Assembly: GCA_963699165.1 (NCBI GenBank)
Contig: OY969413.1
Coordinates: 788,562-852,561, forward strand
Reading direction: 5' to 3'
Source of the DNA: Candidatus Kaiserbacteria bacterium
Lineage (GTDB): Bacteria > Patescibacteriota > Minisyncoccia > Phycocordibacterales > Phycocordibacteraceae
DNA length: 64,000 nucleotides
Shown here: positions 1 to 9,570 of the stretch, piece by piece
How positions within the stretch are numbered: position 1 is the first letter of the stretch
How the letters are laid out: every line of letters begins with the position of its first letter
The notes under the pieces: generated by a model
Told to the model about the DNA's origin: nothing
Databases searched by the model: none
The model's input: the letters and a program-made list of their open reading frames with translations, nothing else
Program-made: the position numbers and the translations under genes

Positions 1-135
1 CTTTGCGGCGTCGATTGAGACGCGGACATTCGCTTTGACCTGTTCTTGTCCGACATAGTCGTCCCATTCCGACGGACGCAGTGCGGCATCGAGCGATGAG
101 GAGAGAGGAGTCGGTTTTTGGGAGGGACTTGACAT
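1..135 (-). CDS. ruvB: Holliday junction branch-migration helicase RuvB, N-terminal fragment; the gene runs off the window start
   Basis: The reverse complement of 1-135 translates to MSSPSQKPTPLSSSLDAALRPSEWDDYVGQEQVKANVRVSIDAAK, which matches the conserved RuvB N-terminus (LRP..LDE.IGQ..VK..L.I.AAK). ATG at 135-133. It is absent from the ORF track only because it is partial. Confidence 0.6.
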   Translation of the reverse strand, partial: MSSPSQKPTPLSSSLDAALRPSEWDDYVGQEQVKANVRVSIDAAK

Positions 136-199
136 AAATCTTAGTTGTTGCTAACATTCTATCACAGAAGTTTGATCCTGTTTATATTCCTCTAGGCAA

Positions 200-1530
200 G
201 GCTTGACGGCTTTGGGCGACTCCCCAAGGACTTTGTGGTCCGATACTTCGGTATTGGCGCTGCGGGGCACCTCAGGTGTTTTGTCTACCCCGCATTTATG
301 CGGGTTTTGCCTGGAGGAATATGCACGGGAGCTCCGCAGGCGCGTACATGTGTGTCCGAATTTTCGGCCGGGCTGTGTCGCCGAAAATTGGACAAGGAAC
401 TTCTGTTTAGTGTATAAACGGCGGAGAGACAGGAGTGTGGAAGATGATAGTGCTAGGCACCCAAACCCCTCAATTCGAACGACGGTTTTTTGCGCTCCTC
501 TGAGCGCGTTGTTTCTTTTCCGCAGCATACGCCTCATCTGGCGTGAGTGAACCGAGCACATCCATGAAGCGGCGATTCATCTTTGCTTCGAGTTTCTGCA
601 CAAATCTTTTTGAATACTTTGAAATATCCGAGCTTTTCGGGATGTACCGCCGCAAGTCCTTGTTCAGATTCTCGATTGATGGCTTCTCCCATGGCGCATG
701 CACATGACAGAAATATATCTTCACCCCAAGCACCTTCTCTAGCCGTTTGTGTTCGAGAAAGAGAATATCGTTGTCGAATGTGATGGTCTGCATCTCGGGA
801 TACCGCTTTTTCATTCTGCGAAGCGCTCGCTCCACGTTTCGCACTGACACTGGCAGGATCCGCTCCAGCAGGTTTTTGCGCACCCTGCGATCCCGCAGAC
901 CAAGAATGATGCCTTGACCGCTCTTGCCCGACACGATGAAGTCGCCCTCCATGTGACCCAATCCCCATCGCTTGTTGATTTTGCTCGGTCGTTTGTCGAT
1001 CAGGCGCTTGTCGGCAATGTGTGGTTTCGATGGCCGAGAGCGTCGCCTCTTCTTGAATACCTTTGCTCGATGCGACTCGATCCGTCTGCCATACGGGCTC
1101 TTGATATATCGGCGTATAGCCGAGGATGAAGCATATCCGATATCCTTCTCGATCCGCTTCAATCGAAGTGAGATGTTTTCGGGCGACTGATCGTCGAAGA
1201 GATGCGCCTCGATGAACTTCCGGAGCTTCGGGTCGAGAGCAATCATCTTGCCGACCGCTCGGCTGTATTTCCTTCGTACGTATGAAATGTGATGCGCATA
1301 TGCAGCATCATACGGCCGTCCCTTCCTCTTCTTTTGCGTCTCGTACCATATGACACTCTTCGGTCGGTCGAGTGCATCTCCGACATCTTGCAAAGAGTAT
1401 CCCTTCGCTAACAGTATCTGTATTTCGTCTCGTTCGGACCTTGTGAAGTGCGCACCGCCGGAGGTTTTTTCATTCGCTCAATGTATCAAACGTTCGAATT
1501 CAAAAGACTAGTCGCCCTAAAGTCGCAGTG
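200..1530. mobile_element. IS30-family insertion sequence; ends approximate
   Basis: Single transposase ORF. Candidate imperfect terminal inverted repeats are ttgggcgactcc near 210 and ggagtcgccc-like gactagtcgccc near 1515. Both ends are uncertain. Confidence 0.35.
470..1393 (-). CDS. IS30-family DDE transposase
   Basis: 307 aa. Basic HTH-containing N-terminus and a DDE core with the IS30-like spacing HMEGDFIVSGKSG...ITFDNDILF...E. Confidence 0.7.
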   Translation of the reverse strand: MQDVGDALDRPKSVIWYETQKKRKGRPYDAAYAHHISYVRRKYSRAVGKMIALDPKLRKFIEAHLFDDQSPENISLRLKRIEKDIGYASSSAIRRYIKSPYGRRIESHRAKVFKKRRRSRPSKPHIADKRLIDKRPSKINKRWGLGHMEGDFIVSGKSGQGIILGLRDRRVRKNLLERILPVSVRNVERALRRMKKRYPEMQTITFDNDILFLEHKRLEKVLGVKIYFCHVHAPWEKPSIENLNKDLRRYIPKSSDISKYSKRFVQKLEAKMNRRFMDVLGSLTPDEAYAAEKKQRAQRSAKNRRSN

Positions 1531-1855
1531 CCCGGTCGATGATTGCAAGGGCGTAGCGAATCTTATGTGGCGGTTGCGTTCCAAGATACGCGGAATTATT
1601 GAGACCAACCTCACGGTCAATCGGCGCAAAAGAAATGGCGAGAAAGGCAAAAAGGAGCACCTATTTGTAAATGTATTGCCACCTCAATCAGCACAGGGGA
1701 AGCCGCGTGAAATTTCCATTACTATTACGATGCCCGAGAATCCCGCATGTAGACAAGATCTCTACGAGAGGGAAGGCAGAATAAAGAAACTTCTCGGGGA
1801 GGTTTTTAAGCAGGAGGGCTACACGTTGAAAGATTGCTGGGTGTTTCTTATGTAA
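1448..1855 (+). CDS. hypothetical protein
   Basis: 135-aa ORF between the IS30 element and pilB with no recognisable motifs. It may start at the internal Met MYQTF. Confidence 0.25.
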   Translation: MRTAGGFFIRSMYQTFEFKRLVALKSQCPVDDCKGVANLMWRLRSKIRGIIETNLTVNRRKRNGEKGKKEHLFVNVLPPQSAQGKPREISITITMPENPACRQDLYEREGRIKKLLGEVFKQEGYTLKDCWVFLM

Positions 1856-1865
1856 AGACAACAAA

Positions 1866-1905
1866 ATGAATTCGCGTCCGAAGGAATCGCCTGAGTCCTT
1901 CGGGC
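1866..1905 (-). terminator. hairpin downstream of pilB, a candidate intrinsic terminator
   Basis: ccgaagga...tccttcgg and aatcgcc...ggcgatt stems are followed by a T/A-rich tract immediately 3' of the pilB stop (1915). Confidence 0.35.
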
Positions 1906-1914
1906 GATTTCTAT

Positions 1915-3585
1915 TTATCTCGGCAAATCGACTGTGTCTGCGACTTCGGAAAGGGAAGTGATGCCGGCAAGAGCTTTTAGGATGCCGTCTTGCGCCATTG
2001 TGAGATAACCCTGCTTTGCGGCCAGCTTTGCGATTTCATTTTCAGGCGGATTGTCTCGGAGGAAGTGCGCGAGTTCATCGTCCATAAAAATCGCCTCATA
2101 CAAACCGATGCGTCCTATGTAGCCGGTTTCATCCGCATTGTCCGGTGCGGGTTCCCATACCGTTTCTATCATTTCGGGTACGAGCGTTTTGTCCGCGAGC
2201 GGTTCAAACACTTTTACAATCATCGCTTTCTCGTCGTCGGTCAACGGCCGTTCTTTCTTTCTCTCCGGGTCGAGTTTTCGCAGCAGCCGCTGAGCCATCG
2301 AGACGGTGACGGCCGAACCGAAGGACTTGGGGTCGGCGCCGAGGTCTGCGAGGCGCGGAAAGGTGCCCGCGGCGTTGTTGGTGTGAAGCGTCGAAAAAAC
2401 GAAGTGGCCGGTAAGCGCCGCCTGGATCGCAATGTTCGCCGTATCGCCGTCGCGGATTTCGCCGACCATGATGATGTCCGGGTCTTGGCGCACGATTGAG
2501 CGAAGACCTTCGGCAAAGGTATATTTGCCCGCCTCGACCTGCGTTTGTGTAATGCCTTCGAGGTGGTACTCGACCGGGTCCTCAATCGTGATGATTTTTA
2601 TTTCCGGCCGGTGAATTTCGCGCAAAAAAGAATACAAGGTTGTCGTCTTTCCGCTGCCGGTCGGGCCGGTCGTGAGCAGCATGCCGTTCGGTCTGCGGAT
2701 TTCCTGCTCAAGCCGCGCGAGCAGTTTGGGATGAATGCCGAGCTCCGCATATGAAATTTTCGTCGTTTCGGGGTCGAGCATGCGCAGCACAATCGATTCG
2801 CCGTAATTGCCGGGGATGAACGATGCGCGCACCTCGATGTCGTTTCCGCCCGGCGAGATGCTGAAGCGTCCGTCTTGCGCCTCGTTGGTGATATTTAACT
2901 TGATGCCCGACAGCAGCTTGATGCGCGAATTCAATTGGTGATAGGTGAGCGGATCAAAAAAATACGCATCGACAAGCACGCCGTCGATGCGTAAGCGCAG
3001 ACGGGTGTTTTTCTCCTCCGGCTCAAAGTGAATGTCCGACGCGTGGAGCGCGAGTGCGCCCGTAAAAATAATTTCAAGCACGCGCGACACCCGCTCGAGC
3101 GACTTCAGCGACGTCGTCGAGTCGAGCGCCGTCGTAAACGAGCCGAGCGATGCGGTACCCTCGGCAAATGCGCTGCGCACCTCGGGCGCAATGGTCAAAA
3201 TGCCTGCGCGCTCCTCGACCGCAAACGACAAATCGGCATAGCGCGCGAACGCCTTGTCCAAACTTTTTTTAGACACCAAATACTCTTGCAGCGTATATCC
3301 GCGCGTTTGCAGTTCCGCGCACAGCTTGCCGAGCGCGGGATTGTTCGGGTTATGAACGGCAAGCGAAATCACTTTAGCCGTTTTCGCAAACGCCGCTGCG
3401 TCCGCAAGCCGCGCTTCCGCTTCGGGAATGACGCGAAGCGCCTCGGTGTCTATCTCCGCCACCGAAAGGTCGGCATACGGCATGCCATACTTTTGAGAGA
3501 GAATCTGCGCGACGTCCTCTTCTTCGCGCTCGCGCACTTCGGCGAGCTTTGCATCTTCATTTGCGGCATTAAACGGCAAATCCAT
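1915..3585 (-). CDS. pilB: type IV pilus assembly / type II secretion ATPase, PilB/GspE family
   Basis: 556 aa. Walker A box GPTGSGKTT, GspE-type N-terminal domain, and conserved Asp/His boxes of secretion ATPases. Confidence 0.85.
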   Translation of the reverse strand: MDLPFNAANEDAKLAEVREREEEDVAQILSQKYGMPYADLSVAEIDTEALRVIPEAEARLADAAAFAKTAKVISLAVHNPNNPALGKLCAELQTRGYTLQEYLVSKKSLDKAFARYADLSFAVEERAGILTIAPEVRSAFAEGTASLGSFTTALDSTTSLKSLERVSRVLEIIFTGALALHASDIHFEPEEKNTRLRLRIDGVLVDAYFFDPLTYHQLNSRIKLLSGIKLNITNEAQDGRFSISPGGNDIEVRASFIPGNYGESIVLRMLDPETTKISYAELGIHPKLLARLEQEIRRPNGMLLTTGPTGSGKTTTLYSFLREIHRPEIKIITIEDPVEYHLEGITQTQVEAGKYTFAEGLRSIVRQDPDIIMVGEIRDGDTANIAIQAALTGHFVFSTLHTNNAAGTFPRLADLGADPKSFGSAVTVSMAQRLLRKLDPERKKERPLTDDEKAMIVKVFEPLADKTLVPEMIETVWEPAPDNADETGYIGRIGLYEAIFMDDELAHFLRDNPPENEIAKLAAKQGYLTMAQDGILKALAGITSLSEVADTVDLPR

Positions 3586-3625
3586 TCACGCAATTGTAGC
3601 ACTCGACCGTGAGCCGAAAGGGTGC

Positions 3626-3671
3626 TTGACAAATATGTAAATATCATGTTACTTTAGAATCAGAAAGGAGG
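3626..3671 (+). promoter_or_regulatory. sigma70-like promoter (TTGACA -35) plus strong Shine-Dalgarno AAAGGAGG upstream of 3678
   Basis: TTGACA at 3626-3631 with an AT-rich downstream region. AAAGGAGG at 3664-3671 lies 6 nt before the ATG. Confidence 0.4.
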
Positions 3672-3677
3672 TACTCC

Positions 3678-4043
3678 ATGAAGTACCTTTTCATCGCGTT
3701 AGTTGCCATTTCATTCTTGTTCGGTCAAGCGGTACCGGCAGGCGCTCTGGGTAACTGCCAGAACGGGTATGTCGAGACACCAATCGGGTGCGATGAGATA
3801 GTAGCGCAGAATACGTTCACCGCTCCGGATGGGTCCGTGGTCACCGACTACGAGACCCGCGAGGGATGGTATGTACGGTTAGTGACGGACAAGGGCGTTC
3901 TTGTTGGAAACTCCTTTTCCAGAACCCCGTTTGTTGTTGTCCAAGCCGCACCGCCCACGACCGGGCAAGTGCTTACGGTCCTGGGGTTGTACGCAATTAA
4001 TCGCATCATCCCCAATCCTGCCCGCCATCGACATGGGCGGTAA
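3678..4043 (+). CDS. small secreted protein with a signal peptide; hypothetical
   Basis: The N-terminus MKYLFIALVAISFLFGQAVPAGA is signal-peptide-like. It has a strong RBS and promoter. Confidence 0.5.
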   Translation: MKYLFIALVAISFLFGQAVPAGALGNCQNGYVETPIGCDEIVAQNTFTAPDGSVVTDYETREGWYVRLVTDKGVLVGNSFSRTPFVVVQAAPPTTGQVLTVLGLYAINRIIPNPARHRHGR

Positions 4044-4066
4044 GGAAGGGGAGGCACGCGAAGCGC

Positions 4067-4558
4067 TTGAGTCTCTCCGGAGGTTCGGGCGCTTCTCCAT
4101 TTCGAGGTACAATTGAAGCAATGGAGAAGGTCGTCAACACACTTGAAGAATTTGATGCCGACGCGGCGCGGTTTGCCGGCGCCCTTGCACCGAGCGAGTA
4201 CGGAGCGGCACTCGTGGTGCTTTCGGGAGAACTTGGCGCCGGTAAAACGGCATTTACGAAGGCGGTCGCAAGAACGCTCGGCATCGAAGAAACGGTGAGC
4301 AGTCCGACATTTGTGATTGAAAAAATCTACCTGCTTCCCAAAGGGCATCTATTTAAACGCCTCGTTCATATCGACGCTTATCGGCTTGAAAAGGGAAGCG
4401 ACCTCGCGCCGCTCGGCTTCCACGAACTTATGCGTGACCCTGAAAATCTCATTTTGCTTGAATGGCCGGAAAAAGTCGCGCATGCGCTTCCGCCGGTAAT
4501 CGCGAAAATTTCCTTCACCGTTCTTCCGGACGGCGCGCGTAAGATTTCGTATGGCTAA
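4067..4558 (+). CDS. tsaE: tRNA threonylcarbamoyladenosine biosynthesis protein TsaE (YjeE)
   Basis: P-loop GELGAGKTAFTK followed by SSPTFVI, the YjeE/TsaE signature. It overlaps the polA start by 8 nt. Confidence 0.7.
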   Translation: MSLSGGSGASPFRGTIEAMEKVVNTLEEFDADAARFAGALAPSEYGAALVVLSGELGAGKTAFTKAVARTLGIEETVSSPTFVIEKIYLLPKGHLFKRLVHIDAYRLEKGSDLAPLGFHELMRDPENLILLEWPEKVAHALPPVIAKISFTVLPDGARKISYG

Positions 4559-6959
4559 AAAATCCGACAAGAAACGAATTGTGCTGCTCGATACGCATGC
4601 GATTATTCATCGCGCATATCACGCCTTGCCGGATTTCACCGGTCCCACCGGCGCGCCGACCGGCGCGCTCTACGGACTGGTTTCGATGCTGCTTAAAATC
4701 GCAACCGACTTAAAACCCGATTACATCGCGGCATGCTTTGATTTGCCGAAGCCCACGATTCGCCACGAGGCGTATGCGGACTATAAAGCAACGCGCGCAA
4801 AAACCGACGATGCGCTCTCGCAGCAAATCGGAGAATCGCGCAAAGTGTTCGAGGCGTTTTCGATTCCGCTGTATGAGCGCGAAGGATTCGAGGCCGACGA
4901 TTTGCTCGGCACCATCGCATACGAGCTGCACGGAAAGGGCGTCGATGTCATCATCGCCTCCGGCGACATGGATACGCTCCAGCTTGTCGACGATGAAAGC
5001 GTTCGCGTATACACGCTGAAGAAAGGCATCAACGATACGATTTTGTATGACGAAAAAGCGGTTGTCGCGCGGTTCGGATTTCTGCCGAAACTCATTCCCG
5101 ACTGGAAGGGACTTCGCGGCGACCCGTCCGACAACATAAAAGGAGTGCCCGGCATCGGCGAGAAGACGGCAACCGACCTCATTGTGCATTTCGGCTCGAT
5201 TGAAAAAATATATGCGCAATTAAAAAAAGGAGACAAAGCGTTTCTTGAGAAGGGCATCAAACAGCGGATGATTGGACTGCTGAAGGACAACGAAGAAGCG
5301 GCGCGTTTTTCGAAGTCGCTCGCGACGATTCGGCTCGACGCGCCGATTGCGTTTTCGCTTCCGGAAAAGCCGTGGCGGGAAAATGTCGATTTCAAAAAAG
5401 TGCTTACGCTCTTCGATGAATTCGGTTTTCGCTCGCTTCGGGCGCGGGTTCAGGATGTCCTCGGGTCAGTGGGAGGCATCGGCGCTCGGGCTGAATTTTC
5501 CGAATCCTCGGTTCTCGACTCGCCGGGAAGCGAGTCGCCGGAATCGAAAATTCAGCCCGAGCGCCTCGCTGAAGCCGGCGTGATGCTTTGGCTTATTTCT
5601 TCGGAATTCACAAATCCGTCGCTTGACGACATTCTCGCTTTTACAAAAGAGCGAACATTTGACGCCGCATATACGGTGCTTGAAAAACAGTTGTCCGAAA
5701 TGGGGCGCGTGCGCGAGGTGTACGAGAAAATCGAGAAGCCGCTCATTCCCGTAGTTCGCCGCATGGAAGAGCGCGGCGTATTAATTGACCCGAAGGTGCT
5801 TGCCGGCCTCGCGGAGAAATATCGCGCGGAACTTATTTCAATCGAGAAAAGCATCTATAAAGCCGCCGGACGGGAGTTCAATATCAGCTCGCCCAAACAG
5901 CTCGGGGAAGTGCTTTTTGACGAGCTCAAAATCGTGCCGGAGCGGCAAAAGAAAACCGCAGGCGGACAGCGGTCGACCCGAGAGAGCGAACTCGAAAAAA
6001 TCCGCGACATGCATCCGGTCGTCGGACAGATTCTCGAATACCGGGAATTAAAAAAACTGCTTTCAACCTATATCGAAAATCTTCCGCCTCTGCTTGATGT
6101 GGAGCACCGTTTGCACGCGGAATTTTTGCAGACCGGCACAACGACGGGACGCATGGCGAGTCAGAATCCGAATCTGCAAAATATTCCGCTTCACTCGGAA
6201 CGCGGCCGCGCGATTCGCCACGCATTTGTCGCACCGGAAGGGTTTACGCTGCTTTCGCTCGACTATTCTCAGGTTGAGTTGCGGCTTGCGGCCATTCTCT
6301 CGGGCGACGAGAAGCTCTGCGCGATTTTTCGAAGCGGCCGCGATGTTCATACGGAAGTCGCGGCACAAGTGTTCCATGTCGCGCCCGAATCGGTCGACAG
6401 CGAGATGCGCCGCCGCGCGAAAGTCATCAATTTCGGCATCCTCTACGGCATGGGAGTGAACGCTCTTCGCGCGCAGCTTTGCTCGACGACTGCGGAGGCG
6501 CACCAGTTTTTGGAGGATTATTTTTCAACATTTAAAACGCTGTCGGAATATCTGGAGAGCACGCGCGGCTTTGCGCGCAAGCACGGGTACACCGAAACCA
6601 TGTTCGGGCGCCGCCGGCAATTTCCCGAAATGAAATCGACGCTGCCGTATGTGCGCGCGCAGGCGGAACGCATGGCGATAAATGCGCCGATTCAGGGAAC
6701 GCAATCGGACATCATCAAACTCGCAATGGTGCGGGTCGACGACATGTTTGATAAAGAAAAAGCGCGCGCAGATGCCTATCTGCTTCTGCAGGTGCACGAT
6801 GAATTGGTATTTGAAATTCGAGACGGACGCGTTGAGTCGCTTCGTGCGAAGATTCAAGAAATTATGGAATCCGTTTTGTCGCCCGAACAGGCGCGCGATG
6901 TGCCGGTGATTGTTGCGGCGAAGGAAGGCCCGAATTGGGGCGATATGCAATCGGTATGA
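4551..6959 (+). CDS. polA: DNA polymerase I, with a 5'-3' exonuclease domain and a polymerase domain
   Basis: 802 aa. N-terminal FEN-like domain (LLDTHAIIHRAYHAL). Polymerase motifs A (DYSQVELR), B (RRRAKVINFGILYG) and C (LQVHDE). Confidence 0.9.
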   Translation: MAKKSDKKRIVLLDTHAIIHRAYHALPDFTGPTGAPTGALYGLVSMLLKIATDLKPDYIAACFDLPKPTIRHEAYADYKATRAKTDDALSQQIGESRKVFEAFSIPLYEREGFEADDLLGTIAYELHGKGVDVIIASGDMDTLQLVDDESVRVYTLKKGINDTILYDEKAVVARFGFLPKLIPDWKGLRGDPSDNIKGVPGIGEKTATDLIVHFGSIEKIYAQLKKGDKAFLEKGIKQRMIGLLKDNEEAARFSKSLATIRLDAPIAFSLPEKPWRENVDFKKVLTLFDEFGFRSLRARVQDVLGSVGGIGARAEFSESSVLDSPGSESPESKIQPERLAEAGVMLWLISSEFTNPSLDDILAFTKERTFDAAYTVLEKQLSEMGRVREVYEKIEKPLIPVVRRMEERGVLIDPKVLAGLAEKYRAELISIEKSIYKAAGREFNISSPKQLGEVLFDELKIVPERQKKTAGGQRSTRESELEKIRDMHPVVGQILEYRELKKLLSTYIENLPPLLDVEHRLHAEFLQTGTTTGRMASQNPNLQNIPLHSERGRAIRHAFVAPEGFTLLSLDYSQVELRLAAILSGDEKLCAIFRSGRDVHTEVAAQVFHVAPESVDSEMRRRAKVINFGILYGMGVNALRAQLCSTTAEAHQFLEDYFSTFKTLSEYLESTRGFARKHGYTETMFGRRRQFPEMKSTLPYVRAQAERMAINAPIQGTQSDIIKLAMVRVDDMFDKEKARADAYLLLQVHDELVFEIRDGRVESLRAKIQEIMESVLSPEQARDVPVIVAAKEGPNWGDMQSV

Positions 6960-7648
6960 TGTATCTTTTCCACGGGAGCGACAAGGAGAAAGTCCGCGCT
7001 AAGGCGTTTGATTGGGTTGCGAAAGCGCGCGCAAAGGAGCCGAACCTCGCATATGCGCGCCTTGCCCGCGAGGAGCTCACGGCTGCGGCACTCGAAGACG
7101 CGGCGCAGTCGGGCGGACTTTTTGTCAGCCGCCTTTTGATTTTGCTCGACGACCCTTATCCGGCTGCGCGAACGGCGGCTGAAGACGATGAAGGCGGTGA
7201 AGAAGAAAAGACGGAAAGCGTGCTCGAGGAATATCTCGACGAGTTGGCCGCGTCAAACAACGCCATCATCATGCTTGCGCCAAAACTAGCGGCTGCGAAA
7301 GCAAAAAAAATCGCCGCGAAGGCGAAGGCGGAATACAAATTCGACCTGCCTGCCGCGCGCATAGATGCGCGCGGATTCAATTCCAATCTGGTGAACGCCC
7401 TTGCCGCTCGAAGCCGCGAAAAACTCTGGCTTGAAATCAATCGCGCGCTTCGCGCGGGCGACGCGCCCGAAATGTTGCACGGCCTTTTGCATTGGAAAGC
7501 GCGCGACATGATGGAAAAGGGGAGTCCCAAATGGAAGCCGCAGGAATCGCGCGAGCTTTCGCTCGCGCTCATCGAACTTTTGCAGGCCTCGCGCCGCGGA
7601 GGGCTTGATTTGGGGCTTGCGCTCGAGCGTTTTGCGCTTAGCATTTAG
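6935..7648 (+). CDS. DNA polymerase III delta-subunit-like (HolA-like) protein
   Basis: The N-terminal MMYLFHGSDKEKV...GGLFVSRLLILLDDP resembles the HolA clamp-loader delta N-domain. It is short (237 aa) and overlaps the polA end. Confidence 0.4.
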   Translation: MGRYAIGMMYLFHGSDKEKVRAKAFDWVAKARAKEPNLAYARLAREELTAAALEDAAQSGGLFVSRLLILLDDPYPAARTAAEDDEGGEEEKTESVLEEYLDELAASNNAIIMLAPKLAAAKAKKIAAKAKAEYKFDLPAARIDARGFNSNLVNALAARSREKLWLEINRALRAGDAPEMLHGLLHWKARDMMEKGSPKWKPQESRELSLALIELLQASRRGGLDLGLALERFALSI

Positions 7649-7667
7649 CGTCCTTTATACTTTGTCC

Positions 7668-8057
7668 ATGAAAGAGTACGAGAACAAAATCCGTGAATTT
7701 TTGCATGAACGAAAATGGGACAATCTGCGTCCGGCGGACGTTGCGAAGTCGATTGCTATTGAAGCGGGAGAATTGCTCGAACTTTTTCAATGGACGAACG
7801 AAACGCTCGAGGACGTAAAAGGAAATGCGGAAAAACTCGGGGAAATAAAAAAAGAACTCGCGGATGTGCTTAATTATTGTTTCGATATGAGCGTGTTGCT
7901 CGATTTTGATACGGAGCAAATTCTTATAGACAAATTGGAAAAAGTTAAGCAGAAATATCCCGCGCACTTATTTAACGGCCGAGATGAAAATGTCGATGCG
8001 GGTTCCGAAGAAATTTATTGGAAGATAAAGAAAGAACATCGCGCAAAAGGCGGATAG
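7668..8057 (+). CDS. MazG-like nucleotide pyrophosphohydrolase
   Basis: EAGELLELFQW...ELADVLNY is the EExxE/D four-helix NTP-PPase signature. The start is taken at the internal Met MKEYENK. GC is lower than in flanking genes. Confidence 0.6.
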   Translation: MKEYENKIREFLHERKWDNLRPADVAKSIAIEAGELLELFQWTNETLEDVKGNAEKLGEIKKELADVLNYCFDMSVLLDFDTEQILIDKLEKVKQKYPAHLFNGRDENVDAGSEEIYWKIKKEHRAKGG

Positions 8058-8220
8058 GTTCAAGTGGTCACACATAATTCGCTCGTCGCCCCTCGCGAAT
8101 TTGCGCGACCCCTAAAGGACTGTGGTTTGTATGCCAATCGCTTCGCTCTTGGACAAACCGGGAGCCCGGCTCGCGGTTTTGTCCGCTGACAAAACATCGC
8201 TGCGGCCCGCACTTGTAAAC

Positions 8221-8246
8221 AAAAACGGCATGCAGATGCCGTTTTT
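8221..8246. terminator. bidirectional intrinsic terminator hairpin
   Basis: aaaaacggca-tgcaga-tgccgttttt is a 10-bp stem flanked by A-run and T-run. It sits between the mazG-like end and the 3' end of tRNA-Lys. Confidence 0.55.
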
Positions 8247-8254
8247 GATTCAAG

Positions 8255-8327
8255 TGCGCCCAGCAGGGTACGATCCTGCGACCTTCTCCTTAAAAGGGAG
8301 CTGCTCTACCAGCTGAGCTATGGGCGC
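8255..8327 (-). tRNA. tRNA-Lys (anticodon TTT)
   Basis: Hand-folded cloverleaf: acceptor GCGCCCA/TGGGCGC, D-arm GCTC...GAGC, anticodon loop CTTTTAA, T-arm GCAGG-ATCGTAC-CCTGC. Confidence 0.8.
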
Positions 8328-8439
8328 GTAGTGAGGAATAGGAACTCCCCGGATTCTTGGTCTTCGAACGAGCGCTCATATCGAATCCGAGAAGATATGG
8401 ACGCGGTATTTGCAACTTACCATCTACCACCGGCTTTTT

Positions 8440-9558
8440 CTAGTAGCTAAACGCATCAACCGTATTTCCGCTTTTATCGAGCAGTTTTACCACTTCGTGT
8501 TGCGAGCGCCACATCGAGTTCGTGCGGCCGAGATAAATGCGCCATGTATCGCCCTCGAAGTCGGTGTCGTTTTGATGGGAGTTTACGCAGCCGTTATAGT
8601 TCAGATGATTTACCAATACCGACTGGCACGCGGACGTAAGATTGGCCGGTGGCGACAGCACGACTTGGCAGCGTGACAGCGCATTCACGTAGTTGATGCA
8701 CGCCGCGTCGCGAATGTAGATGCCGCCGTAATAGGCGTCAAATTCGCTTGACGGCGATGGACAATCTTGCGGAAGCGCCGGTGAGAATTTCTGGAATGTG
8801 CTGAAATAGCCGATGCATTTATTCTCGCGGAATGACGCGCCGATGGGCGATTGTCCCGAAATGAGAATCGCGCTTTCTCCCGGAGTGAGTACGATGTCCT
8901 GCGCCGCGTTCACGATGCCCGACATCGGAACCTCGGTTCCTTTCGGAATAACGGCCGAATTGCCGGTGGCATCGCTTACGAGCGTCCATCCGGTGAGGTC
9001 GACCGGAATGCCTCCGTTTTGGGAAACATGCAGCGCAATGTTTTCATTTTTGGGATCGCTTGAGCCGGCGCCCGATACCGAATGGCTGAGCGAAACGATG
9101 CCGCGGTACAGCGAGGGCGTTCCGAAAATGGCGCCGCCGCTAAGCGTCGGAAGTTGCGTTCCTCCGGACGTGCCGGCCGCGTAACTGCCGCCGCCGTTTG
9201 AGGAGCCGGGCAAAGAAATATAGGTGCTGCCGATGCCAAACGGCGCCTGCGGAAGCGCAAACCCGGCGCGATTCCCGGTGCTCGTACCGCTGCCGCCCAC
9301 CGAGGCGCCCGGCAGTGAGATATTTGAGCCGCCAACGCCGCCGATGCCTCTGCCGCCGCCCGTAAGTCCGCTAAACCAATTCGAAAATGAAAAGCCCGAA
9401 CTGCCGCTCGTGCCGCTTCCGTTCGTTCCGGTTCCGCTCGATTGCACTATGGTCGACGCGGGAAAAAAAACGGAACGGAGCGGGCCGCCGATGAAAATCC
9501 AGACGAGAAAAATGAAGGCGAACAGCCAGATGAAAAACCATGCATCGCGCTTCTCCAT
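8440..9558 (-). CDS. membrane-anchored Gly/Ser-rich protein with a C-terminal lamin-tail domain (LTD)
   Basis: N-terminal TM segment, low-complexity G/S/T linker, then NIALHVSQNGGIPVDLTGWTLVSD, which matches the LTD consensus. Confidence 0.55.
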   Translation of the reverse strand: MEKRDAWFFIWLFAFIFLVWIFIGGPLRSVFFPASTIVQSSGTGTNGSGTSGSSGFSFSNWFSGLTGGGRGIGGVGGSNISLPGASVGGSGTSTGNRAGFALPQAPFGIGSTYISLPGSSNGGGSYAAGTSGGTQLPTLSGGAIFGTPSLYRGIVSLSHSVSGAGSSDPKNENIALHVSQNGGIPVDLTGWTLVSDATGNSAVIPKGTEVPMSGIVNAAQDIVLTPGESAILISGQSPIGASFRENKCIGYFSTFQKFSPALPQDCPSPSSEFDAYYGGIYIRDAACINYVNALSRCQVVLSPPANLTSACQSVLVNHLNYNGCVNSHQNDTDFEGDTWRIYLGRTNSMWRSQHEVVKLLDKSGNTVDAFSY

Positions 9559-9570
9559 AGGTAGATAGTA

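Noticed and set aside
534-1190. Several 66-144-aa ORFs overlapping the IS30 transposase in other frames
   Set aside because: They are nested in or antisense to the transposase gene and have no motifs.
3848-4348. 166-aa minus-strand ORF antisense to the secreted-protein gene and tsaE
   Set aside because: It overlaps two well-supported plus-strand genes in high-GC DNA, where long antisense ORFs arise by chance. It has no motifs.
4781-5395. 204-aa minus-strand ORF inside polA
   Set aside because: A Ser-rich shadow ORF antisense to a strongly supported gene.
8122-8316. 64-aa plus-strand ORF
   Set aside because: It overlaps tRNA-Lys and the terminator hairpin.
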